From Octopus vulgaris (Eukaryota), in the NCBI GenBank assembly GCA_951406725.2, contig OX597819.1, positions 90,210,001-90,274,000 on the forward strand: a stretch of DNA of 64,000 nt, given 5' to 3'. This document shows, piece after piece, positions 53,341 through 64,000 of this stretch (position 1 is its first letter; every line of letters starts with the position of its first letter). Below the pieces are notes generated by a model, which did no database searches, had not been told where the DNA came from, and saw only the letters and a list, made by a program, of their open reading frames with translations. The position numbers and the translations under genes were made by a program.

Positions 53341-55399
53341 GTTTGGAAGACACCAAAGAATGGAGGAAACCTGGATAGTCGTGATTTCTGATTGAAACTA
53401 GTAATGTCTCTTATATTGCTAATGTACTGTTATATAGCCACATTTTACCTTCTTTATAGACATGAGGTTTTCTAATAACTCATAAATCATTTGAAATATT
53501 GCTTCAATATGTTAATGTATTCAGGAAAAAATATTTCACGAAATATGAAGTAACTTGCTAAGCAGTGACTTTTTGATGTGGTAATTCATTTAGTAATTCT
53601 ATTTTGCTGTATCGATAATTCACTTAGTAACTTTTGTTTTGACATATCAAAGTATACGAGTAAGTCTGTTTTAATGCATTGATAATTTATATCAAATATT
53701 TGGTGAATGTTTTATTTAAAATCTCTGTTTTCCTATGCTAATATTTCAATAAACTTTCTACATTGCAATTGTCCGAAAATGTATTATTCACAAAAAATGT
53801 CTGAAAGTCATAATACTTATTTAGTTAGTCTTTTTTTTTTTAAATTTCTGTTAACGAAGCTACATCCTTTTCACATACAGAATTTAAATGTTTTGTTAAA
53901 GGTGTTCTAATTAAGAAAATAAGGTACTCCCTTGGTTTTCTCAATTTGCATCATTATGCAACAAATTTTAGAAGTTTTAATCCACGATTTAGTTAAAGAA
54001 TTTTGCAGAATATAATTTGGTGGTTTTAAAATTTCAAACTCACATGCAATAATCCATTTGAGAGCTTCATATTCATGCATGCATGCATACATGCACATGT
54101 TATGTAACTAGTGAACAAAGAAAATTAAACTGTACACAAAGAATTAAATATCTTTTATTCAAAATAGGCCAATGGTTCAGACACTTGTGATGATAAATAA
54201 CCAAAATTTAATGCAATGTTAAATGTACTGCATATTTAAGATCTTTAAAACATTACATGCAAATTTATAGGCTTGGGAGAAACTAGCTAAAATTATCTTA
54301 ATTTTGTCAGATTTATTACATTTAAGAATTCAGCACATAAATATTTTATTGTCACTGTGAAAAAATTACACACCATAAAATTTTGTGCACATAGGACATT
54401 AAAAATCAAAGAGAGCATTGCCTGTGTGCACATAATTGGAAGGCTTTGTCATTTGGTTACTACACCTATCACTTGTATTTATTGTATTTTACTGCAGTTT
54501 CAAGCATGTTAAAAATAAAATCAAACTTTATGTTAAGGTGGATAAAGAAACCATGAGATTGTTATCTAAAAATGGTGCTTTCAAGTTGATTGATGAAATA
54601 CTTCCAAACCCATCAAAAATGAAAGATATGTTAATGTTAACATTTCATGAAGGGAGCATTAAAAAGCAAACTAGAAATAATTATACAAACAAAAAAAGGA
54701 ACGTTTTTATTTTTCTGGTATGTACTGGAGTTAACTTTGGATCTGACTGGCCAGAGGATTGCATTTTGCTCATGTGTTTCATTTGTGGCTTGGTTTCTAC
54801 AATCGGATGCTATGCTCTTCCTAATAGCAACTTCTTTACCGAGAGTACGGGGTGCAGTTTTTGTGGCACCAACTCTAAAGATGATGTTATGGCCTTGACA
54901 AGACTGAAGGATCCTCTGAATCCAACACTTGACAGAGTATGTGAAGTGCATCTTTTCATGGTTCTAGCCCTAGGGCGATAGCCATGTCCTCAACAAGACC
55001 CTGCATCTCTGCTCACTCACCATCCACTTTACAAGCATGAATGATAGTGATAAGTAATAAGTGGGATGTATGACAAAAGGATGAGTGATATGGAGTACTC
55101 AGTATTCTGAGATGTACATGAAGCCATTCATATGAGTAGGGAATAGAATGATGACAGAACACAGTGACACTCAAGAGATAGGACAATGACAGAGGAAGAG
55201 TGAGGGTGTATAGGTGAAAAGGGGCAAGAGTATAATAGCAGACATTGAGAGACTGGGTGATTGCTGGTAGTACAGGTAGAGCAGTCAAAGGTAGTGGATA
55301 CAATAGGTTTCTTTATCCACCTTACATAAACATCAAGATAGGACAGAGAGTTCATGTGATGAGGAGGCAGTATTAGTGGACTTACTAGAAGCAACAGCT

Positions 55400-57640
55400 C
55401 CTTCAACTTTTACCATTTTTGCTACACTCTCTGGATACCTATCCCCACTGTTAATTAAGTCACCTAAGTAACAGAAGCTATCATCTACTGTATTTATCAG
55501 TGTGTAAGACATACTCTCACATAAGTTGCTTTACAAGCTTACATTGTGTAAAAAAAAAAAAAAAATTAATGATTTTTCACTCACTCATACACTTGGTATC
55601 CCATCCATAATATGGTCTCATTAGATGCATTACAATGTTTTATGACATTTAAGAATAAAAAAAGTGTGTCATATGCTGACATATATGGTATTTTTAAGGA
55701 GTTTTTTGGGCATTTAATTGTATGTATCTCTTGTGAACTCTTAGTCTTCACTGTTCCCATGCATCTTCTACATATGAAGTGTACCTTATCTGTTAGTCTA
55801 CCTCTGATCCTGCTATAGCCTTTATCCATAGTTTTAAAAAGTTGCACCAGATGGAATTCTGTCCTATTACTTTCCTGCAAATTGGGAATGACCATTTTCC
55901 TGATGTTAACAGGCTACTATTTTCTCTTTTATTTACTTTACTAATACTTTAGTCTTTGTTAAGTTAAGTATGAAGCCTTTCAGTTCTAGATTTTACTTCT
56001 ACTGTTGTAAATTTTGTGCAGATTCTGCCTTAAGTAGGTCATCAGTAGAGTAAAGTTCCAATGGACAGCTACTCTAAAACAACTCTGTTATAGTTTGGAA
56101 GGCTATAATGAATGAATGGGAGAAGGCTGAGGATAGAGCTTTGATGTATCCTCATTTGAATCCTAAATTTATTGTTGAACTCTTATCTTGCTGTCTGCAT
56201 TTCTGTACAGGGCTTGTATTGCTCTCACAAGCCAACCTCCCGACCTCAGAGTCCAGCAGATCACAAAGCCATGAACCTTCAAAGTGCTTCACTAAGTCAT
56301 CAAATGCCTGTTACTCCTGGCTAAATACTTCTTCTGCAGTTGCTTCACTAAGAAGGTGGTATCAGTAGTGCTTCTCCCAAGTACAAAGTTCCACTGCATT
56401 TCATTTAGTTTAATTTTCGTCTTCATTATTTAAGCTATAACTCTTTCTGTAATTTTCATACCCCGGTTCGATAGCTTGATATGTCTAAAACTACACCTCT
56501 CTAAAGCATTGCCTTTGCCCTTATAGCAGTTGACAATAATGTTGCTTTGCCAGTTATTAGGTATGGTGTCTTCCTGAATCATCTGATTGATTATCATAGA
56601 GACTAACCTATCCGCTGACATTTTAAGCATTTCAGTGGTGATTCCTGATACACTGTTTTCTTCATTTAGCAACCTCTCTTAATAGCACTCCCACAACTCT
56701 TTCTTTTCAGCACTAGTAAGGGCAAGAATTCCACTGTCATTACAAATACACTTCTCTCCACTGTTGTTGCACTGTTTCTGGCACACCGTTTTGCAGCACA
56801 GAAGGACCTAATGATCAATGTAAAATGTGAGTGAAGAGTGATAGTGTTAAGAATGAAGGAAGGATGTCAAGTGAAGTGGCTTGGAAGGAAGATTACTAGT
56901 ATCACAGAAAAAGATAATGAAATATGTAGTTCTACCTTCCTTTAAATATAGTAACAGAATACTACAATTAGGCTACTAGTGGAGCAATCAGTGACTGAGA
57001 GATGAGGAAAGGTGAGAAAGACTTGAGGAAATCTAGCAAGGTGCCCAGTTGTGTATATACAATTATGCTTCTCAGGAACTGGATATTACCAATCATCCTG
57101 GTTCTTTGTCATCTTCTCTGTGACATTCAGAGTCCTAGGATCAGCATTCACTATTTCTTTCTGTAAGCAATCAGCATTTCATTATGCATCTGTCCTCATC
57201 TGTATACATCACATGACTATACTGGCACACAGTCTTCTTTCTTTTACATCTGATTTTTTATATCCAGTTTTTCTCTCAACACATTTGTACTTTGTCATTC
57301 ATGCACACTGACATTGCATATCTAGTGGAGCATGCTAGCATCCTTTCTTTCTAGTTTTCGCATGCCCACTGCAATCAGGGCCCATGTCTCACAACTACAT
57401 ATTATTGTTATTTGTACACAAGTAATATATAATCTGCCTTCCACTCTGAGAGAAAGCTTTTCTGAGAGAAACAGTGGCAATAACTCTCTAAAGTTTCTCC
57501 AGCATGTTCTTATACTAGTAACCATACTTTCAGAGCATTCTCTTTCACTATTAATTAGGTCACCTAGGTAACATAAACTAACTACTCTTTCTAAGCATCC
57601 TTCTTTGCAGTTAATAAGATATATTTTCTTTATTCTCTTA
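55400..57640 (-). mobile_element. Old, fragmented RTE LINE copies
   Basis: SGITTEMLKMS..NIIVNCYKGKGNALE..TERVIA, RGRLTDKVHFICRRC and FRELLPL..VEGRLY..ETWAL are homologous to the RTE ORF at 31670-33313. Confidence 0.8.
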
Positions 57641-57908
57641 GTAGGTGTGTGTGTGTGTATTTATGCATGTATGTGTATCGTCTTAATTTTCACTTCTCAG
57701 TTGTCATATGGGTCAGACAGGATTAGTTAAGACAGATTTTCTATGGCTGAATGCCATACAAAATACCCTTCCTGTGGTCATGGTCAACACTCACTTGTTT
57801 CAAAACAAGGTAATATTTCCCTATGGCCGGATATATTTTCATGGAAGATTGGTAATGTGTATGGATGCATATGTTCACACATATATGCATGTGTATATAT
57901 AAATATAA

Positions 57909-58145
57909 AGGCGGCGAGCTGGCTTGAAACATTAGCGCGCCAGGCGAAATGCTTAGCGATATTTCGTCTGCCGCTACGTTCTGAGTTCAAATTCCGCCGA
58001 GGTTGACTTTGCCTTTCATCCTTTCGGGGTCTATAAATAAAGTACCAGTTACGCACTGGGGTTGATGTAATCGACTTAATCTGTTTTTCTGTCCATCCTT
58101 GTTTGTCCCCTCTATGTTTAGCCCCTTGTGGGCAATAAAGAAATA
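57909..58145 (+). mobile_element. SINE family B, young full-length copy
   Basis: ggcggcgagctggc head, gagttcaaattcc B box, Meta-like core and gccccttgtgggcaataaagaaat tail. Confidence 0.9.
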
Positions 58146-58964
58146 TATATATAAATATATGTGTGTGTTTATATATATATTTGTGCCTGTGTGTATATAT
58201 ATAAATATATGTGTGTGTTTATATATATATTTGTGCCTGTGTGTATATATATATATATATGTATGCACACACACACACATATATATTTTTTCCAGATATA
58301 TTTATTCAGATTATGTGTATGTATATGTGTTTTGTTTATTCAGAAATATATTAATATTCTTGTTTCGACTCTCATAAGGATCTATAATCACACCATGCCA
58401 ATGGCCAACCAAATTTCCCAAAATAACAATTACTGCTGCCCAGGTTATCTATAGCTCTGTAGTTATATCTTCACTTGAATAATCCTTTGCAAAATATTGA
58501 AAAATGGAATATTACAAAGCTGACTAGCATTGAAGGAAAAATGGAGCAATATTTCATAGGAACTGGAAGATACTGTAAAATTCAGAGTATACCTGCATTC
58601 CACCAAGTGTTGCAAGTTATGCATAGCAAAAAGGAAATCATACAGGCCTAAATGATGTGTAGAAGACAGGCTTGTGCCATAATACCAGATCAGAAACTAC
58701 CCCACCCAGCATACACAAAGGGAAATTATTACTTGGACTCAGGTCATGATTCCTTTCATCTATGAATAAATTTTATCTTGCCTTTGTAAACACTTTGCTC
58801 AACTAACTTTTCAGCTCAGTATATGTTTTGTAGGTTTATATACTTTTTATATGATTATAGTATATCACCTGCCACCATTTTCCCAAAATCTTTCCTGGAT
58901 TTCAGGTATTTCTTGAAGTCTCTCTTCTCTGTCCCTCTCTTTCTTTCTCTTTATCTGTCCCCAT

Positions 58965-59026
<62 letters not shown>

Positions 59027-59735
59027 ACATCTCTAGCATGTTCATGGATATTTTTGTATGCCAATGTGTATACATGTAAATGTGTATGTGTGTATGCACA
59101 TATGCATACAGACTGTGAGAAGGAAGATAACTTCCTTCCCAAAGTGCATATAGTCCCTTCCAAGTATACTAAAAGAAAAAAATATTCTTTTAACTTCAAA
59201 TTTTCTGCATGCATGCTCTGAATGCAGTGAAAGATAATTTCTGCATAACCATAACAATTGTTTTGCAAATTCTAATCTGTCATTGGCATGGACAGTTCCT
59301 ACAGCCTGATGAGAGTTTGAATAACTTTTGGATTCAAAACTAGTAGTTATTAACAGTTTGTACAAGAATTTTTATATATTTCTGATTCAGTACTAATTTT
59401 GCCCTTGTATTTTTGTAAGTGCATGTTTTTTTTTTTAGACTATTCTAACCAGAATTCCTATATGTATGCACATGTGTGTATGTTAGTGTGTGTGACCATT
59501 CATGTGTGTGTGTGTGTGCGTGCATGTTAGTTTATCTCTACAGATTTTCTGTAGAATTCAGAGCCAGTATTGAAAGTTATGATGCTTCATTTACAAATAT
59601 GTTTATGTACAGATAAACTTAAAAATGAAAACACACTGCTAACACAAAAGTAGGGTACAATATTGACTTTAATATACTTGGTGGTATATTATAGTGGCAA
59701 AAGTGGTTAAAAGCAGGTGTTATTCAAATTCTTTT

Positions 59736-59824
59736 ACTTCCGACACATGTTTCGAAGATATCACTGGTATTATTCTAAAGGAATAAAATAGTGTAAAACA
59801 ATGTAATCCTCTCTTCAGGGAAGT
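59736..59824 (-). ncRNA. Type I hammerhead ribozyme with long stem II, in fold-back 59707-59937
   Basis: Minus strand reads ACTTCC-CTGAAGA-gaggat..atcttc-GAAA-c atgt-GTC-GGAAGT. Perfect stem I, G10.1-C11.1 pair, GUC triplet and palindromic ACATGT stem III. Confidence 0.85.
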
Positions 59825-60086
59825 GAAGAAATGAAACTCGCCAATAAGACATTCTAATATATATATTGGAATAATACCAGTGATATCTTCGAAACATGTG
59901 TCAGAAGTAAAAGAATTTGAATAACACCTGCGTTTAATTCCATTTAATTATTTATATATATTATACAAAATATTTCACTTAAATCCGAAGTTTCTACCTT
60001 TTTATTTGTGTGATTTTTTGCTTCCCTGGTAACTATTTATATACTTTTCCCATGTTAATTGTTAACAAGGGAAAAATACACACATC

Positions 60087-60128
<42 letters not shown>

Positions 60129-61346
60129 TATGTACATATAAGAGATAAATGGAAATTAACTGTGTAGCTGAATATTTCTATGGTAATGTTCATGAGTAAT
60201 ATGATATTTAAAACCAAACTCACACACATACACTACACGCACCCATACACATATTTATGACACCAACATAGAAGGCAGATATTAAATGATGATGATGTGT
60301 ATATATATATATATATAAACACAAATATACACTATTTTAAATGCAATATTACTCATGGACAGCATTTCAAAATATCTCTTTCAAATGAAATATGAGAAAA
60401 ACATTTCTTTAGTTTCATCTTATTTAATATGGAATAGTTCCCGAGTTTCATTGTCCTTTAATTTTCTTTAACCGTTTTTTTTTTTCCTATTTCTTTACTT
60501 TTTGTTTTTCATTTCTTGCTTCCCCCGTTCCCACATCTCACCACTCATGCCTGTAATTTTGAAGCACCATAAATTCTACAGTTTAATGTATTGATATATA
60601 TATATATATGTCTGCAATTGTTGATTGAAAATTTGAGAGTTTCATGCTAAGTTCATGAATTAAGGTGAAACCAAAGCATATCCTTTCCTTCAGAGACGAC
60701 ACTGACTCGAGTGAGGCCAAGAAAAACAATCAACAAGGGTAAGATGAATTGGTGTACTCTATTATTTTCTCCTTGTTAATCTTTTATTTCACATTGCTTA
60801 CATTACTTCAGTTCTTTAGGGTCTTCTGTTGCACGTTCCCATTTACTCATTTGCTAGTCTTTTTCACACTTAGTAACATCTTTTCTCATCAACATCACCT
60901 AACTAGTTGTTCCTAACACATTTCATATATTATCTAATTTTCAGAGATATCTGTATCATTTTGAGATATTGCAAATATCTTCAGGAATTTTGGATGTTCT
61001 AGATTTTTCACTCTAGACTTGTCGTCTGTGTAGAAAAAAAAATAATAGATTCAAGCTGGTGTGTATATGTATGTATCTATATGTACACATGCTGAAAGTT
61101 GGATATGCATTTTTCATGTACAAACACTCACAGTTGTATATGATGTCACGTTTTTCTTATATATAAATGTGTGTACATTTGTGTACATGTACGTATGAGT
61201 GTGTGTGTGTATGCACATATATATATTCATATATATATGTGTGTGTGTGTGTATGTATATATATATATATATACATATATTTATATATATATATATATAT
61301 GTATATATGCATACTTTATTTAAAAGCAGCAGAAATATAACAAAAG

Positions 61347-61384
61347 CTGTTACTCAGAGTTACACATTCCTGTTCGTCAGACAG
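61347..61384 (-). ncRNA. Minimal hammerhead motif with one core mutation (GTAA for GAAA)
   Basis: Minus strand reads CTGT-CTGACGA-aca ggaa tgt-GTAA-ctc t gag-TA-ACAG. All three stems are perfect. Confidence 0.7.
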
Positions 61385-61459
61385 TTTTGTTAAAATCTAC
61401 CGCTGGTATTTGAGTACTCTTTTTTCCACCTTGTTTCACATTTATGTGCTTACTCCGGT

Positions 61460-61518
<59 letters not shown>

Positions 61519-61713
61519 TATATATATTTATAAATGATAAATTATGATAAATACAAGTTTATATTATTTGTGACCTTTGTGTTGGATGTTCCTAGTACAC
61601 TTGGATGCTGAACTGCAACATATCATCAGGGAAACATTTTATTGCATTATGCTACACAGAACATATGCCTGAAGTTCTATGGGTCTGAAGACATACATAC
61701 ATATATATATATG

Positions 61714-61870
61714 TATTGGGTTGGTGCATAATTATTGCGACTTTTTTCAACAAATTTTATTCAACAAAACCAACAACAATATTTCACAAAAACATCTTTA
61801 AATGATGGTCTGACCGTCTGCCAAGCAAATGGAAACAGTTATTGAAGTAGATGGTGAATTTTTTTATGTG
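61714..61870 (+). mobile_element. Mariner remnant (TIR plus transposase C-terminal piece)
   Basis: ta-ttgggttggtgcataattattgcg TIR and a ..TVIEVDGEFF C-terminus. Confidence 0.6.
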
Positions 61871-61888
61871 AGTTTGCATGTTGAAGCA

Positions 61889-63110
61889 TATACTGTTGTG
61901 TCTAGGGAGAGTCATTCTCTTTTAGTGCCTTTTAATTTAACACACTCACCAGTAAAATTTCCACTTATTTCTTTATTTATTTTTCTAAAATTTTCATTGT
62001 GTCTTGTAACCTTTTCAATAGTTTTGACCCTGTCAGTTATTCACACTGCGTTCCTTTTTGTTTGTTTGTGTGCATGTGTGTGGGTTAGTGTGTGTGTACA
62101 TATACACGCATCTATGTATGTAGTGATATGATCAGAAAGATAGCGTTCGAGTATACAGGGGTGCTAGAAAGAAATTAGATAACATTATATGTAATGATAC
62201 CAGTGGTACCTGCCCTTGATATAGAAACAAAGATTGGAATAGGATACAAAGAACTTGTGACGAAGCAAACAGAGTGAACACATGGTATAAAACTGAAAAA
62301 TATCAAGGAGTGATGTTTGTAGATGTCACAGCCCATGGAGAACTCACCCGTAGATTTAGAAAAGCTCTGAAGGAGACCAAACTCAACATTAAGATTGTTG
62401 AAAAGCCAGCAAATTCCATCAGATCACAACTATGTAGGATGTACTCCTTTGAGAATACCATATGTGCCAATGATAACTGCATGGTATGTAGGATTAGCCC
62501 TGGTATTAACTGTAGAACTAGAAATGTAGTTTACTGCATCAGATGCATAGAAGGTGCTTGTAAAGACATGAACATGGCATACATAGGAGAGACATCTAGG
62601 AGCATTGCAGAATGACTAAATGAACATTTGAGACAATATGACAACAAAAGACAGTCATCCATACTCTACCAACATGGAGGCAACCTGGGTCAACTTAACA
62701 TCCGCATCTTATCCACACACACATTCAGACATGCACACACAATGAGACAGAGGTACACACACACATATACAAACACACATACATAAAAACACACAAATAC
62801 CGACACGCAAACACATAAATATGCAGAATACATACATACAAATGTAGACACATACATAAATACATGCATACACACACATATGCATGTATATGCACACACA
62901 CACACACACACACACTAAGCCACACACATGCACACAAACAAACAAAAAGGAATGCAGTGTGAATAATGGACAGTCAAAACTAATGAAAAGGTTGCAAGAC
63001 GCAATGAAAATTTTAGAAAAAGGAAAGAAATAAGTGGAAATTTTACCAGTGAGAGTGTTAAATTTATAAGGTACTAAAAGAGAAGGACTCTCCTTAGACA
63101 CAACAGTATA
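61889..63110 (+). mobile_element. 5'-truncated Penelope-like element (GIY-YIG region) with inverted pLTRs
   Basis: Inverted repeat 61889-62097 vs about 62903-63110. Coding sequence reads C..C..C..CRTRNVVYCIRC..AYIGETSRSIAE*LNEH. Confidence 0.88.
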
Positions 63111-63130
63111 TATATATATATATATATATA

Positions 63131-63541
63131 GGCGCAGGAGTGGCTGTGTGGTAAGTAGCTTGCTTACCAACCGCATGGTTCCGGGTTCAGTCCCACTGCG
63201 TGGCACCTTGGGGAAGTGTCTTCTACTATAGCCTTGGGCCGACCAAAGCCTTGTGAGTGGATTTGGTAGACAGAAACTGAAAGAAGCCCGTCACATATAT
63301 GTATATATATATATATATATGTGCGTGTGTGTTTGTGTATCTGTGTTTGTCCCCCTAGCATTGCTTGACAACCGATGCTGGTGTGTTTATGTCCCCGTCA
63401 CTTATCAGTTTGGCAAAAGAGACCAATAGAATAAGTACTGGGCTTACAAAGAATAAGTCCCGGGGTCAAGTTGCTCAACTAAAGGCGGTGCTCCAGCATG
63501 GCCGCAGTCAAATGATTGAAACAAGTAAAAGAGTAAAAGAA
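63131..63541 (+). mobile_element. SINE family A, full length
   Basis: tRNA-like head (A box tggctgtgtgg, B box ggttcagtccc), CORE-like ccttggggaagt, internal microsatellite and (agtaaaag)n tail. Confidence 0.9.
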
Positions 63542-63587
63542 TATATATACACAGACACATATATATATACATACATGTATATATATG

Positions 63588-63627
<40 letters not shown>

Positions 63628-64000
63628 TGAGTGTGTGTATCTATATAATCAATGTCTCTAATTAATCCTCTCTATTCAACATTTCTCTGAGGAAGGTTTT
63701 TCCAAAACATTGGGTTTTTCCACTCCCTATGGTATTTTCACTGTACTCTTCCTATGGAGTTTACTATGTAATGTAAGTCTTGCTGAACAGACCAAAACCA
63801 TCTTCATTGGGGTCAGTTTGATCATGTGTGTGTTTGTGTTTGTGTGTGTACTCTTGTCTGCACATACACATGTATGCATGTGTGTATGTTTGTGTACTGG
63901 GTTATTTGTTTATCTCTAAATATACATGACCCTTTTACACTATTACATCTTTGTATATTTTTTTGTTTCTGTATTTAACTTGTATCTGTTTGTATTAATG

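Noticed and set aside
54436-54981. 181-aa ORF
   Set aside because: No recognisable domain. It spans AT-rich sequence and the decayed 3' UTR of a LINE.
61560-61635. Minus-strand CTGATGA..GTC motif
   Set aside because: The GAAA box is absent and stem I does not pair convincingly.
63131-63210. tRNA-like sequence
   Set aside because: It is a SINE head continuing into the SINE body, not a tRNA gene. The same holds for the other A/B-box heads.
63683-63722. CTGAGGA-agg tttt tcc-AAAAC motif
   Set aside because: No stem I partner was found.

Overview
AT-rich, microsatellite- and transposon-dense eukaryotic DNA. The repeat types (RTE LINEs with (GAT)n tails, tRNA-derived SINEs, Penelope-like elements) suggest an octopus or other cephalopod genome; this is an inference. 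The window appears to be almost all intron of a + strand copine gene (CPNE5/8/9 group), with only two small C2A-domain exons found (38545-38584 and 45639-45709). The introns hold three Penelope-like elements (PLEs), a near-complete RTE LINE with a PHD-type finger inside its RT region, CR1, RLE-type and old LINE fragments, mariner remnants, MITEs, a Helentron-type non-autonomous element and at least three SINE families. The most striking signal is RNA structure. There are several type I hammerhead ribozyme motifs in PLE terminal repeats and small fold-back insertions. Some are canonical (C3-G8), and others appear to be U3-A8 or G3-C8 core covariants with a U at position 17. There is also a GC-rich, heavily structured, HDV-like candidate at about 25.0-25.2 kb. 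Most ORFs in the supplied track are microsatellite artefacts. All structures were folded by eye, and most repeat boundaries are approximate.
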